A DNA stretch of 64,000 nucleotides from an uncultured Collinsella sp. (GTDB lineage: Bacteria > Actinomycetota > Coriobacteriia > Coriobacteriales > Coriobacteriaceae), in contig CABUZK010000007.1 in the NCBI GenBank assembly GCA_902496115.1, forward strand, positions 2,256 to 66,255, read 5' to 3'. Under the pieces are notes generated by a model, which did not search any database, had not been told where the DNA came from, and saw nothing but the letters and a program-made list of their open reading frames with translations. Below are positions 17,673 through 30,100 of the stretch, piece after piece. How positions within the stretch are numbered: position 1 is the first letter of the stretch; every line of letters begins with the position of its first letter. The position numbers and the translations under genes are program-made.

Positions 17673-18764
17673 ATGGATTCTCTCAACGATTTGAACGAGC
17701 GCGTCGACGCCTTTGTCGGCACCAGCTCCTTCGAGACGCCTGCCGCGACTAACGACCAAGCCCCCATCGATGTTCCCGCCGAGGTTCACGAGGACATCGT
17801 CGCCTCGGTCGACTTCTCCGAGGTTGAGCTTGCAGACGAATTTACCGAGCCCCAGGTGGCCGTAACTCCCAACGGCCTTTTGCCCATGGAGCCGCTGCCC
17901 ATCGACGGGCGCCTGCGCAAGGCGGCCCTCCGCATGCCCGATGAGATCGAAGAGGCCAGCGGCTTTACGCTCTTTGGCCGCCGCATCAAATCGCTCATCT
18001 ACACCACCGACGTGGCGGTCATCCGCAATTCCAATGCCGATGCCGTGTTTGCCGTCTACCCCTTCACGCCGCAGCCCGCCATTACGCAGGCGCTGCTGAC
18101 TGTTGCCGAGTGCCCGGTCTTTGTGGGCGTTGGCGGCGGCACCACCACCGGCAAGCGTTCCGTGCAGATGGCAGCCGTCTCCGAGATGCAGGGCGCGGCG
18201 GGCTGCGTGGTCAATTCCCCCGCCACTGCCGAGATGGTCGAGCACATCACCAACATCGCCGACATCCCCGTCATCGCCACGGTCGTTCGCTGCGACGACG
18301 ATGCTCACGCCAAGGTGCGCGCCGGAGCCAAGATCCTCAACATCGCGGCCGGCAAGAACACGCCGCAGGTCCTGCGTGAACTGCGCGAGCACTATCCCAA
18401 CCTGCCGCTCATCGCACCGGGCGGCAAGACGCCCGAGAGCATCCGTGAGACCATCGCTGCCGGCGCCAATGCCATCATCTGGACGCCGCCTTCGGCCCAG
18501 CAGTTGCAGACCGACATGATGCAGCGCTACCGCAAGATGAAGGAAGACGCCACGCCCGTCATCTCGCGCGACGATGTGCCCATTATCGACCAGGTCGCCG
18601 CCGCCGAGGTCAGCCAGGTCGAGAACATGAATCCCGATGTGCCGATCCCCGACGAAGTCATCGAACGCGTCGCTTCGATCCACGATCATATCGAGGAACG
18701 TCGCGCCAACCGCGGACTCAAGCCCTCGCTGCACGGCTTTTTCTTCCGCGGAAAGAAACGCTAG
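17673..18764 (+). CDS. Hypothetical protein: acidic N-terminal region plus alpha/beta (TIM-barrel-like) core
   Basis: 363-aa ORF with coding-like composition (FVGVGGGTTTGKRS, PLIAPGGKTPESI). No family recognised with certainty. Confidence 0.55.
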   Translation: MDSLNDLNERVDAFVGTSSFETPAATNDQAPIDVPAEVHEDIVASVDFSEVELADEFTEPQVAVTPNGLLPMEPLPIDGRLRKAALRMPDEIEEASGFTLFGRRIKSLIYTTDVAVIRNSNADAVFAVYPFTPQPAITQALLTVAECPVFVGVGGGTTTGKRSVQMAAVSEMQGAAGCVVNSPATAEMVEHITNIADIPVIATVVRCDDDAHAKVRAGAKILNIAAGKNTPQVLRELREHYPNLPLIAPGGKTPESIRETIAAGANAIIWTPPSAQQLQTDMMQRYRKMKEDATPVISRDDVPIIDQVAAAEVSQVENMNPDVPIPDEVIERVASIHDHIEERRANRGLKPSLHGFFFRGKKR

Positions 18765-18775
18765 CCGCAACAGCA

Positions 18776-18812
18776 AGGCCCGTCCCGCAAACAACGGGAC
18801 GGGCCTTTTTCT
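18776..18812. terminator. Rho-independent terminator (usable in both directions)
   Basis: AGGCCCGTCCCG-caaacaa-CGGGACGGGCCT followed by TTTTT. Confidence 0.8.
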
Positions 18813-18872
18813 GTTATCAAGTGTCAGGAGGGACAGGCGCAGCCGTTAAAACCGTCAGCCAGCCCACAAACG

Positions 18873-19763
18873 CTAATCCACGCGCTTGTCGCCCATAAAG
18901 AAGACGGCCACCGTGCCGGGGCCGGTATGCGAGCCAATCAGGGCACCGATGCTATTGATCTCAATCTTGCCTTTGAGCTGCGGAACCTGTTCCTCTATCA
19001 GTGCCGCAACGGCCTCGGCGTCCGCGCGGCACGCCGAGTGCGACATGATGCACTTGCCCGAATAGTTCGCGCCGTCCTGCACATGCGCCATCACGGTCTT
19101 GGCCATCTCGGAGATCGCGCGCTTCTTGGTGCGAATCTTCTCGCGTGGCGCCAGCTCACCTTCGCAATCGACCGTCATAAGCGGGCAAATCTTAAGCGCC
19201 GTGCCGATGATCGCGCTCGCGGCCGAAATGCGACCGCCGCGCAGGTAGCTCGACAAATCGGTCGAGAAGAACCAGTGGTGCAGGTTGAGTTTATGCTCCT
19301 CAATCCAAGCGGCCGTCTCGTCGAGCGAAGCGCCGCTATCGCGAACGTCGGCGGCACACTCCACCAGCAGGCCAAAGCCCGAAGACGCCGCCAGCGAATC
19401 GATGACGCGCACCTTACCGCCCCGGGGATAGCGATCCGCGAGCATCTGCGCCGCAACGCAGGCCGATCCATACGTGCCCGAAATACCCGACGACAGCGCC
19501 AGGTGCAGCACGTCTTTACCCTCGGCAACAAACGGCTCCCAAAACTCCTCGTACTCGCCCACGCTCACCTGAGACGTCTTGGGCATGGCGCCCGCGGCAA
19601 TCTGGGCAAAAAACTCGTCCGGCGTAATCGACTGATACAGATCGTCCGTATAGACAACATCGTCGATCTCGTAATGAAAACACACGACAGAAATATTGCG
19701 CGACGCAAAGAACTCACGGGTTCGATCGGCGGCGGATTCACAGGTCAGGACAAAATCACTCAT
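18873..19763 (-). CDS. DegV family protein (second paralog)
   Basis: ATG at 19763 after AAGGAG. MSDFVLTCESAAD... plus DegV-type core. The track ORF is over-extended to 19934. Confidence 0.85.
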   Translation of the reverse strand: MSDFVLTCESAADRTREFFASRNISVVCFHYEIDDVVYTDDLYQSITPDEFFAQIAAGAMPKTSQVSVGEYEEFWEPFVAEGKDVLHLALSSGISGTYGSACVAAQMLADRYPRGGKVRVIDSLAASSGFGLLVECAADVRDSGASLDETAAWIEEHKLNLHHWFFSTDLSSYLRGGRISAASAIIGTALKICPLMTVDCEGELAPREKIRTKKRAISEMAKTVMAHVQDGANYSGKCIMSHSACRADAEAVAALIEEQVPQLKGKIEINSIGALIGSHTGPGTVAVFFMGDKRVD

Positions 19764-20081
19764 ATGAGGCTCCTTACTCATTGCTGCGTAAATTATTGCA
19801 CAGCAAGCGTGAATACGGTACAAATGTCCACTATTTACCAAATTGAACCAAAGATAGTGAACATCTTTACCGTCATCATCTCTATCGATCCCGGAGGCAT
19901 GCGTCTGCAAAAACGACCCTGCGTCTCCACTCAACCGCCATATCTACCTCAACTAAATCGATTTACCAAACCGTTCGGCCAACAATTCGACCTCCCATCC
20001 CCATTCGAAACAAAAGCGGCGCATACTGATAAACGTTTGACGCTGTTTGTCAGTTTTACCAACCACATCGGAAGGTGCTTC

Positions 20082-21998
20082 ATGGTCGCATTCGATCGCA
20101 ATCCGCAAGACTTCAAGTATCTGCGCCTGCTGTCGAGACAGTTCCCCACCGAGCAATCCGCATTCACCGAGATCATCAACCTCTCGGCCATCCTCAACCT
20201 ACCCAAGGGCACCGAGCATTTTATGAGCGATGTGCATGGCGAATACGAAGCCTTTATGCACATCCTCAACAACTGCTCGGGCGTCGTGCGCGAGCATGTC
20301 GACGAGATCTTTGGCGACACGCTCTCCTTTGACGAAAAGGGCGAGCTGTGCACGCTCATCTACTATCCGCGCGAGAAGATCGATCTTGTCCGCAGCCGGC
20401 GCGAGGACTCGCCCACCTGGTACAAGACCATGCTCGACCAGCTCATTGTAGTTGCCCGCTCGCTTTCGAGTCGCTACACCCGCTCCAAGGTGCGTAAGGC
20501 CATCCCGCGTGATTACGCCTACATCATCGACGAGTTGCTGCACACGCATCCAGACGAGAACAACTACCGCGTGCGTTATCACGAGCGCATCATTGAGTCC
20601 ATCCTGGAGACCGCCAGCGCCGACGACTTTATCGAGTCGCTCGCCTCACTCATCAAGCGGCTCGCCGTCGACCACCTGCACTTGGTGGGCGACATCTTCG
20701 ACCGTGGCGGCGGTGCGGCCAAGATTATGGACCGCCTGCTCACCTATCATTCGCTCGATATTCAGTGGGGTAACCACGATCTGCTGTGGATGGGCGCCGC
20801 GGCCGGTGAGCCCGCCTGCATCGCCACGGTGCTGCGCAACAACCTGCGCTACGACAATTACGAGATCCTCGAGAACGATTACGGCATCTCGCTGCGCGAG
20901 CTTGTCGCCTTCGCCGACGCCACCTATACCGCCGGCGAGTCCATCACCCCGCTGATCAAGGCCATCAACGTGCTGCTCTTTAAACTCGAGGGCCAGATTA
21001 TCCAGCGTCACCCCGAGTTCGACATGACCGACCGCCTGCTGCTCGACAAGATCGACCACGACGCCGGCACGGTCACGCTCGCCGACGGCAGCGTGTGGCC
21101 GCTCACGACCAACGACTTCCCCACCGTCGACCCAACGGACCCTTACACACTCACGCCCCAGGAACAGCACATCATCGACAAGCTCGTGTCCGAATTTGTC
21201 ACCGCCGATCACCTGCACCGCCACATCGATTTCCTCTATACCCACGGCTCCATGTATAAGGTCGCCAACGGCAACCTGCTGTTCCACGGCTGCGTGCCGC
21301 TCAACGAGGACGGCACCTTTAGCAGCATGAACTGCCTGGGCACCTGGCACGCTGGCCGCGATTATCTCGATTTTTGCGACCGCATCGCCCGCCGCGCCTG
21401 GCGCGTGGGCGACCGTGACGCCCTCGACTGGATGTGGTACCTGTGGATCGGCTTTAACTCACCCGCCAGCGGACGCCTGGTGCGTACCTTTGAGCGCGCC
21501 TATATCGCCAATAAGAGCACCTGGGTCGAGCCGATGGACCCGTACTTTACGCTTACCAAGTCGCCCTCGGTCTGCGACGACATCATGCACGAGTTCGGCG
21601 TTGCCCCCATGGCATGTTCGCCGACCGGCCACATCATCAACGGCCACACACCCGTCAAGACGACCAAGGGCGAGCAGCCTATCCGAGCCGAGGGCAAGCT
21701 GCTGGTCATCGATGGCGGCTTCTGCCGCGCCTACCATCCCAAGACGGGCATCGCCGGCTACACGCTTATCTCGAGCTCACGCGGATGCCGCCTTAAGTCG
21801 CACCGGGCCTTTACCACCGTTGCCGAGGCGCTCACCCGCAACGTGGACATCGAAAGCGAGACCAACCGCTTTGACGAGGCCGACCGCCGCCGCATGGTCA
21901 GCGATACCGACACTGGCGCCAAGATTCGCAGCCAGATCCAGGATCTGCGCCAGCTGCTCGATGCATATAGAAACGGTGCTATCGAAGAGCGCGTCTAG
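20082..21998 (+). CDS. fbp: Fructose-1,6-bisphosphatase, class 3
   Basis: Internal ATG at 20082 of the 1023-aa track ORF. YLRLLSRQFPTEQSAFTEIINLSAILNLPKGTEHFMSDVHGEYEAF is the class-3 FBPase signature. Confidence 0.92.
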   Translation: MVAFDRNPQDFKYLRLLSRQFPTEQSAFTEIINLSAILNLPKGTEHFMSDVHGEYEAFMHILNNCSGVVREHVDEIFGDTLSFDEKGELCTLIYYPREKIDLVRSRREDSPTWYKTMLDQLIVVARSLSSRYTRSKVRKAIPRDYAYIIDELLHTHPDENNYRVRYHERIIESILETASADDFIESLASLIKRLAVDHLHLVGDIFDRGGGAAKIMDRLLTYHSLDIQWGNHDLLWMGAAAGEPACIATVLRNNLRYDNYEILENDYGISLRELVAFADATYTAGESITPLIKAINVLLFKLEGQIIQRHPEFDMTDRLLLDKIDHDAGTVTLADGSVWPLTTNDFPTVDPTDPYTLTPQEQHIIDKLVSEFVTADHLHRHIDFLYTHGSMYKVANGNLLFHGCVPLNEDGTFSSMNCLGTWHAGRDYLDFCDRIARRAWRVGDRDALDWMWYLWIGFNSPASGRLVRTFERAYIANKSTWVEPMDPYFTLTKSPSVCDDIMHEFGVAPMACSPTGHIINGHTPVKTTKGEQPIRAEGKLLVIDGGFCRAYHPKTGIAGYTLISSSRGCRLKSHRAFTTVAEALTRNVDIESETNRFDEADRRRMVSDTDTGAKIRSQIQDLRQLLDAYRNGAIEERV

Positions 21999-22076
21999 CT
22001 CCACCCGCGGTGATTGGCTAAACTTGCTGAGTTTGTCATCCCCGCGGCGCTCCAGCGCCACCCTAAGGCAGGTACC

Positions 22077-22472
22077 ATGCAAAAGCTCCTTGCGCAGATC
22101 ATGAAGTTTGGCGTCGTCGGCGTCGTCGCCACGGTCATCGACTTTGGCATCATGAATCTGCTCCACTATGGCCTGGGCCTTAATATCCTGATCGCCAATA
22201 CCAGCGGCTTTATCGTCTCGCTCATCTTTAACTACGTCGCGAGCATGAAGTACGTGTTTGCGCACAAGGAGGGCATGAGCCGCCGCCGCGAGTTCATTAT
22301 CTTTGTCGTGCTGTCCGTGATCGGCTTGGCTCTCAACGACGGTATCGTGCTGGCGCTCAACGCCGGCCTGGGGCTCGAGGCCAATATCGCCAAGATTTGC
22401 GCCACCGCGCTTGTTATGGTCTACAACTTTGTGACCCGAAAGATCTTCCTGGAGGGCGACGAGACCAAGTAG
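22077..22472 (+). CDS. GtrA-family membrane protein
   Basis: MQKLLAQIMKFGVVGVVATVIDFG... with 4 TM segments. Confidence 0.8.
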   Translation: MQKLLAQIMKFGVVGVVATVIDFGIMNLLHYGLGLNILIANTSGFIVSLIFNYVASMKYVFAHKEGMSRRREFIIFVVLSVIGLALNDGIVLALNAGLGLEANIAKICATALVMVYNFVTRKIFLEGDETK

Positions 22473-22691
22473 CTCGACTTTCCCGCACAGCTACGGGGCC
22501 CACGGATGACGCACGTCGAGCACTGCGTTGTTCGTGGGCCTTGCTCGTTTACGGGAAGATTTGCAACGTTTGCGGATTACCTCTTGAATATTTGGCGAGT
22601 TCGTATAGTTCTTGGCAAAGCCCTTACGTTTCCCTTGCAAAAGCTCTAAAGTATCCTCTGCTCGATTCGTCAACGCATTGGATGTGATTAC

Positions 22692-23099
22692 GTGCGCAAG
22701 GCACTGGCACAACCTCATACCAAGCAGTTCCTCAAGTTCGCTGTCGTGGGTCTTATCTCCTTTGGCATCGACTGGGGTATGCTCATTGCACTCGTCGAGC
22801 TGTTCCACCTCGACTTTTTGATGAGCACCACGATCTCGTTTATCACGTCCGTCATTGTCAACTACTGGCTCAGCATGAAGTACGTGTTCGACCATCGCGA
22901 GGGCATGAGCCGCAAGCGCGAGTTCACGATCTTCACCATCCTGTCGGTGATCGGTTTGGGCCTCAACGACCTGTACATGTTTGTGGGCGTCACGTTTTTG
23001 AGCATCGGCTACCAGGCCATGAAGGCCATCGCCACATTCTTGGTCACCTGGTACAACTACTTTAGCCGCCGCTTCTTCCTCGAGGGCGCGCAGTCGTAG
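22692..23099 (+). CDS. GtrA-family membrane protein (paralog)
   Basis: GTG start. FLKFAVVGLISFGIDWG..., and NYWLSMKYVFDHREGMSRKREF parallels the upstream paralog. Confidence 0.8.
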   Translation: MRKALAQPHTKQFLKFAVVGLISFGIDWGMLIALVELFHLDFLMSTTISFITSVIVNYWLSMKYVFDHREGMSRKREFTIFTILSVIGLGLNDLYMFVGVTFLSIGYQAMKAIATFLVTWYNYFSRRFFLEGAQS

Positions 23100-23125
23100 T
23101 TTGTTCGACATTTGCTTGAAGGTAT

Positions 23126-23161
23126 AACCGGTTGGAATTCTCGTTCCAACCGGTTTTTTTG
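23126..23161 (+). terminator. Rho-independent terminator
   Basis: AACCGGTTGGAA-ttctcg-TTCCAACCGGTT followed by TTTTTT. Confidence 0.85.
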
Positions 23162-23259
23162 TTTGCCGAGAGACCGGGCGACCCAGTCCTCTACGCATGA
23201 AAAACGGGCGGCCCGGATGTTTGTCCGAACCGCCCGTTTGACGTGTTATGTCGAGGCAT

Positions 23260-24129
23260 TTAGCCCGTTACGTAATACCAGACGACACTGTCGCCGTTGG
23301 ATAAGACATAGTTACTGCACGCCGTCATGGGCGTTACGCCGTTAACGGAGTACATCCAGCCACTCGTGCCGCCGTGCTCCTTCTCGGCCAAACCGCCAAT
23401 AGCGGCGACATACGTGCCATACGACGAGCCGTGCGCATTCACGGAAAGGCCCAGGGCGCACAGGGCATCGTAGACCGTAGCACCCTCGTTGAAGGTGAAG
23501 GTACCGCCAGAAGACACAGGATTGCCTACGGCGCTCGATGTGACCGAAACCGTCACCGTGACGTAGCCAGACTGCTGCGAGCCGTCCTGATTGCCCGCAG
23601 AGGCGCCGCCACTGTTGGATGCAGACCCACCGCCAGACACCGAGCCACCGCCCGAAGAAGAGCCGTCAGAAGAACTCGATCCACCAGCGGATTCGGAGCC
23701 CTGTCCGGCAGACGTGTTGTTGGACTTCTTGCCACCCTTGCCTTCGGACTTCTTCTCCTTCGAATCCTTTTTTGAGTCCTTCGACCCGTCCTTCGCATTG
23801 TCCGAAGATTTGGAGTCCTTGGGCGCAGCCTTGCCCGAAGCGGTAATCGAGCCGGAAACCGACGCATCCTTGGCAACGACGCTCTCCCCTGTCACAGCCC
23901 GCGCAATCCAGTCGATGGACCATGCACCGCTGACAGAGGGGTGGACAAAACCCAACGAGACGACAATGAGTCCAATACAGGCAGCCGTCAGGGTGCCAAC
24001 AAGTGCCTTGCGCCGCGGGGCGGACGCCGCCGAAGCGGCGCCCTTTTGCTTTGTATCGTCAAGCTGGATGAACGACGAGTCGGGCTGCTTGGACTCGGCG
24101 TCCTGTGGCTTATTGGACACAGCCCTCAC
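23260..24129 (-). CDS. Membrane-anchored DUF4430-like protein (Ser/Gly-rich linker plus C-terminal DUF4430 module)
   Basis: GTG start directly after the stop of the giant gene (TAG|GTG). N-terminal TM segment. The C-terminus ...GGTSGWMYSVNGVTPMTACSNYVLSNGDSVVWYY is the same module type repeated in the upstream gene. Confidence 0.75.
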   Translation of the reverse strand: MRAVSNKPQDAESKQPDSSFIQLDDTKQKGAASAASAPRRKALVGTLTAACIGLIVVSLGFVHPSVSGAWSIDWIARAVTGESVVAKDASVSGSITASGKAAPKDSKSSDNAKDGSKDSKKDSKEKKSEGKGGKKSNNTSAGQGSESAGGSSSSDGSSSGGGSVSGGGSASNSGGASAGNQDGSQQSGYVTVTVSVTSSAVGNPVSSGGTFTFNEGATVYDALCALGLSVNAHGSSYGTYVAAIGGLAEKEHGGTSGWMYSVNGVTPMTACSNYVLSNGDSVVWYYVTG

Positions 24130-27100
24130 CTACCGACGCTTGGTAAACACGAACACGCCGATGACGGCGAGACCGATCACGCCGGCCGCTACGCCGACAA
24201 TGGCAAGCGGATTGAAGCCGGACTCCTGTGCCGGAGCCGCAGCGGGCTTCTTGGCAGTGGCCGCAGCAGACGAGCCCGTGTCGGACTTGGAGCTGGACTT
24301 GCTGGACTTCTTATCGGACTTCTTATCCTTCTTTTTGGAATCCTTACCGTCCTTGGACTTGGTCGTGGTCGACGACACAGGCTTCTGACCCGGAGCAACA
24401 GCGCCGCCAGCCTGCTGGCCGTTTGTGCCGTTACCGGAGCCAGAACCAGCACCGACATTACCCGAGCCGCTATTGGAGCCAGAGCCACCGTTACCGCCAG
24501 GGTTAACGGCATTCTTGGTCCACTTGGCATAGAGCGTCATATCGGCCGTCACGACGTCCTTGGCGAAGTCCCACTTCTCGCCTTCGGCGGTGTACCAGCC
24601 GAGGAACGTATATCCGTCGCGGGTTGGGGCAGCCGGCTCGGAAACCATCTTGTTCTTGGCAACATAACGCGGTGCGACGTACGAACCGCCCTGTACATCG
24701 AACGCAACTCTCCAGGACTCGGCACCCGCTAGCTTAAAGAGGCGTCCCGAGTCATTGGCGTAGTACAGGTTGCCCTTCTCATCACAGATGATAGAAGCGG
24801 TGCAGTATTCACGATACTTTGCGTCGGGCGTGAATATCATTTGCGCCGCATCGTCGCCCAGTTTATAAGCGTAAACGCCACCGGGCAGAGCGTTGCAGGT
24901 GAAGTACACGTACGTGTCGTTACCTTGAACCGAGACGAGTGGGGTACTCTTGGACTCGCCCTTGTCTGCGCGGATGCTCTTTTTAACGCTCATAGTGCTC
25001 AGATCGATGACAGAGAGTGTTCCGTAACCCTCGATGTCCATACCGCAGACATACGCCAGGCCGTTGCTCACTGCCGGCGTAGAGGTGGAGATGGCCGCGA
25101 AGGCAACGGGCTTGCCCTCGAGGGTCAGCTTGTCCCCGCTGCGACGAATCTTGTAGAGCGTTCCGTTATCGCGGGAGACCGCGAGATACGTGCCGTCGCC
25201 GTTCTCGCCAACCTCGACGGCAATGATGCCGGAGCGAACGGGCGTGCCTACGCTTACGCTCGAGAGCTCTTTGCCGTTGGAGCCATCAATGAGGGCAACC
25301 TTACCGGACTCGTTACCGATGATGATGTCGTCACCGGAGGCCGCAGCGCCCGCCCAGTAGTAGCCCTCGTTCTCGTTGGTCTCGGACTTCTTTTTGTCTG
25401 TTGTCCAGTCCACTTTGCCGGAAGCCAGGTCAACGCACACGAGCGCACCTTCTGAACCGTCGACAACAGTGAAGCCTGCGTAGGCCTTGCCGCCGGAGAT
25501 GGTCACGGACGTGAGAGCTTGGGTATCTTTGATCCCGAGCGAAGGGGTCTTGTATCGACAGGCTATCGAGTACTGCCCATCCTTCTTGTCCAGAACAAAA
25601 ATGCCGAGCGAGCCGTCCTCAAAAGGAACAACCAGATAGCCGTCTTTATAGGCGGGACGGCAGAAGTAGCCAATGTTCGCGCCAATAGAGCAGCTCGCAA
25701 GCTCCTTCTTTCCGGTTTCAGAATCTATGAGCACAATGCGGTTGCCCTTAACCGCGCAAATATTACCGTCGATAATGAGCAAGTCCGAAACGCCTTTTGC
25801 ATCGCCCTTGATATCCGCGGGCTCATCCCACGCAGATTCAGCCGCACCAGACGGAGTCGGCACTTCGGCAACCGAGCCATTGACTTTGCCGCCGGCAAAC
25901 GCAGGCCAGGCAGAGTCGAAGTTAGACTTAGGCGCGTTGGGGTCGGTCGTGAGGGCATCGGGGTCAGGCAGCTTGTCGCCAGCCGTATAGACCCAGGCGA
26001 TAGACTTCGCGTCCTTCAGCTGGACGCTGCCCGCGCCCAAATCGGAAGGCTTGCCATCGATAAAGAGCTTCCAGTAAGCCCCAGTCGTGGAGTCCCATGC
26101 GAGCGTTCGCTCATCAAACGGCGATGTAATTGAGTTGAGGAACCAGCCCCATGTACCCGTACCATAATCCGCAGAGATGCCACTCTGCTTGAAGGCAAGT
26201 TCAGTCGCATCAGCCACGGTCGCGGTATCAACCATGGTGTAGTCAGCTGCAGGCGCCCACGTCTGAACATTACCGCCGCTGTCAACACCGATAATCTGCA
26301 GGGAAGCCTTTGTCTGCCCAGGGATAGTACCGTCAGAGCCGTAGACCCAGGAAACTTTGTCACCGGCCTTGAGCGTGTAGTTACCGGCGCCCACATTTGC
26401 GAGCTTGCCGTTGACAAAGAACTGCCAGTAATTCCAAGTGGAAGCGTCAACCTTTTCGGTCGAGAGCTTTACGTCCTCATCAAACGGAGAGGTGAGCGAG
26501 TTGAGGTACCAGCCGTAGGAGCCCGTCCCGGTGTCGGCGCCAATGCCAGCCTGCTTGAACACCTGCTCAGAGAGCTCAGCCGCGGTCGAGCCCTCCTTCA
26601 CTTGGATAGTCGTGGGCTGAGCCCAGGTCTGCTGGCTACCGTCCTTAGCCTGGCCAACAACCTCGCAGCTCACGGAGAGCTGGTCGGTGGGCGCCGGGTC
26701 GCCGTACTTGGAGTAGCACCAGACGACCGAGTCGCCGGCCTCGAGCACGTAGCCGCCCGCACCAACCGATGCGGCCGTGCCGTTGATGAAGAGCTGCCAG
26801 TACGCTCCGGTCTGCGAATCATAGCCAAGCGTTCGGCCCGCGTCGACAGGCGAGGTGATGGAATTGAGGTACCAGCCCCAGGTTCCCATGCCGTAATCGG
26901 CGGTGAGGCCGTGCTTCTTGAAGAGCGCCTCAGAGAGGTCGGCGGCGGTAGACCCCGTTTTTAACGTGTACGGCTCGGCGGCGGTCCAGGTCTGCTGGTT
27001 GCCATCGGCATCGATGCCGATAACCGAGCATGTTGCTGTAACCTCAGGAGCGACCTGACCACTCGTTCCAAGCACGGTCACTGTCGCAGAGACGTCCTGG

Positions 27101-30100
27101 TTGGCGAGCTTTGCGTACGTGGCATTATCCGGATAGCGCTTGGCGTAACGCGCGTACTTCTCACTGGAAAGGCGAGAAGTAATGGTGACCTTGGTGTTGT
27201 ACTCAGGCTGCGTGACAAGAAGGTTCTCCGCAGAGACGACACCAGTGTCGCTCGACTTGAAGAGGCGCCACTGCTGGCCGCTCATGTCGTCGTAGCCCTC
27301 GAGCTCAACCGGGACGATGCCCGAGCCCGCAGCGTCGGTAGACGCCTTGTCGTAGCTCCACGCGAGCTTACCATCGGCGTCGAGATACGCCTTCTGGAAG
27401 GCATGCATATTTGCGGTCACGCCGGCGGCGTCCTGGCCGTCGAGGATGGCCTCGGCGTAGCCCGCCTTGGCGGCCTCCATGAGCTTAAGCTCATTGTCGA
27501 GGTCGGCCTGATCCTGCGGCGCAACCGTGAAGTCAAGCGTCTTTGTGGCAGTGACCTCAGCGTTGTTCTTATCCGTAACCGTGCAGGTGAGTTTCGTGGA
27601 GACGGCGCTCTTACCGGCCTCGGGACGGAAGACCGTGCCCTTATAGCCGTTGAAGGTCACGTCATCGGTGCTCGCGGAGTACTCGACCTTATAGTATTTT
27701 CCGTCGACGCCGAGCGTGCTCGTGCGCGGCATCTGGAGGTCATCGGTCAGGCCGTCCTTATTGGCAACCGCATCGGTACCGGAGTACTTGATGTTGTTGT
27801 AAATAAACGCCGCGTCGACCTTCTCCTGCAGCGCCTTCTTGTCGGCAGCAACCTTCTCGGGGTCGCCCTTGACGGTCACGGTGAAGTCGTGCGAGCCCTC
27901 GACATCGCTCGGGCCACCGCTCACAAACGAAACCGTCGCGGTCAGCGTAACAGCGCGATCGCTCGAAACGCGCGTCACCTTGCCGGTGTAGTCGTCCCAG
28001 CCATAACCGGACGGCCAAATGACATCGCCGTCGGAGCTCTTCCAGCTAACCTCGAACTTGTTCTTGGAACCCGCGCGGTACGGAAGCGTGAGGTTGGACG
28101 TAACGGACTCGGCCGAATCGCCCGCAGCGTAACCGATCGCAATCTGCTCGGCGGCATCGTCGAGCATCTGCTGAACGCGGGCCTCGTCCCAAGCAACCTG
28201 CACCGACTTGTTGGGCTGGTAGTACTCAGTCTTGCCATCGCGCGACAGCTCAAACACAACATCGGCGCCACGCAGACCGTCGATGTTGTAACCGGTATAG
28301 TCGTTGGGGTCAATGAAGAAGAAGGTCACATCGCCGTTGGTCTTATCCTGAGCGTCGGAGATACCGACCGTGGCTTTGTCATCCTCTGCATTAAAGGCAA
28401 CGCCGCCCTCGGAGACCTTGACGTCAATATCGGTAAATCCCAGATCGGCAAGCTGCGCCTTCAGCGCGTCATTGACGTTGCCGCCCTTAGCGCTGTAATC
28501 AACGGCGATCTGTTTATTGGCATCGTTGAGCTTTTGGACTGCAGCCTCAAGCGAGCCTGCGGCGATAACCTTGTTGGTGGAGACGAGCTCGACCGTCGAG
28601 CTTCCGCTCGTGGCGACAGCCTTCAGACACTTGCCAGCAGCAGATGCCGAGACCGTCGCCTCGGCGCCCGACATATCGGACAGCAGCGTCCAGTCGGCCG
28701 CGGGAGCCTTCGCGTCGTCGGCCGCATACCAAGCAACAGTCGCCTGACCGGTGACGTCGATACCGTTAGTGGCCGAACCGTCGGCGCGCTTGGCCTGCGC
28801 CGTCGCCTTAACGCTATCGCCCGCGACGAGATGGGTCGAATCGCTATTGATCTGCGGCGCAGTGGTCACACGCAGCAGGTTATACTCCCCCGCCGCGGTA
28901 ACGCTATCGGGCGAAACCCACTCAACGGTGTTATCGAGCGCGCTCGCGGTGACCTTGATCTTCTTGCCGACAAGCGCATCCGTAATAGTCAGGCTGCCAT
29001 CAGTCGTATCGACGCCGTCGGTGAGCTCGGTCCAATCGGTACCGTTCTCGCTCGCGTACCACGCCATGGTGAGGTCGGCATCATCGGGCACGTCCTTGGT
29101 CGAGCCCGACCAAGGACCCGGAACCTGCACGCTCGGTGTGATCTTTGAACCCACGCTCAGCGTAACGTTCTTATCGGCAAGCTCAATGCCCGCCAGCTTG
29201 TACTGGCCCTTAAGCGTCACGGGGCCAAGCGGAGCAACAGACTGCGTGCCGCCGGAGGAGCTCTTCTTCTGCGTGCTGAAAACGGTATTTTCGCTCGTCA
29301 CCTTTACGCGCAGATACTTGCCGGCATAGGCGGCGTCAACGGTATAGGTGGCCTCGGTAGCACCGGGGATATCGGTGTAAGCGGAGTCGAAGCTCGAGCT
29401 ACTATTTGCATACTGCCACTGGTAGGTCACATTATCGGTGCGGTCGATATAGCTGTACTTCGAGCCGTCCTTTTTGCGCACCTTGGTCTTGAGCTTATCG
29501 CCCACGTGCACGCCGTTGGTGGCAGGAGAGCCCTCAAACTGCACGTCGTAAAGCTCAACCTGACCCGCAACCGAGACAGGACCTGCCGCATAGTAGGGCT
29601 TCTCCTCGCCATAGCCGCCATTGGCCTTAGCCACGACGTAGTAGCCCTTAAGGGCGGCGGTCACCGTCAGGGTGTTACCGGTCTCACCCTCGATAGGCGT
29701 GTTGCACGAGCTCGCGTATTTCGCGGTGCCCTTATACCACTGCCACGTGACATGCGAATCGGTGGTAACGTCGGTGGAACCCGCCTTGGCGGTCGCCGTA
29801 ATCGTGGAGCCAACCTCGACTTTGCCCGAAGTCGGGCTCATAGTCACGCTCGAGACATTAATTGAACCCGCGGCTGCAACGAGAGCGCCCGTCGAGTTGG
29901 TCGTGCTCGAAGAGCCGATCTTCGAAGACACCTTGCACTTGAGGTACTTGCCGCCCAAAGCATCGGTTAGCTCGAGGGTCTCACCCGTGGCACCCGCAAT
30001 GTCGATATACTTGCCACTCTTGGTGCCAGAGCACTGCCACTGATAGTTGAGCTTGCTCGCGTCGATAAACGTCGAGGCGCCCTTCTCCTTGGCGCGAGCC

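Noticed and set aside
18927-20081. The N-terminal 385 codons of the 1023-aa track ORF 18927..21998.
   Set aside because: This part is antisense to the second DegV gene. The FBPase class-3 homology begins at the ATG at 20082, which has its own RBS.
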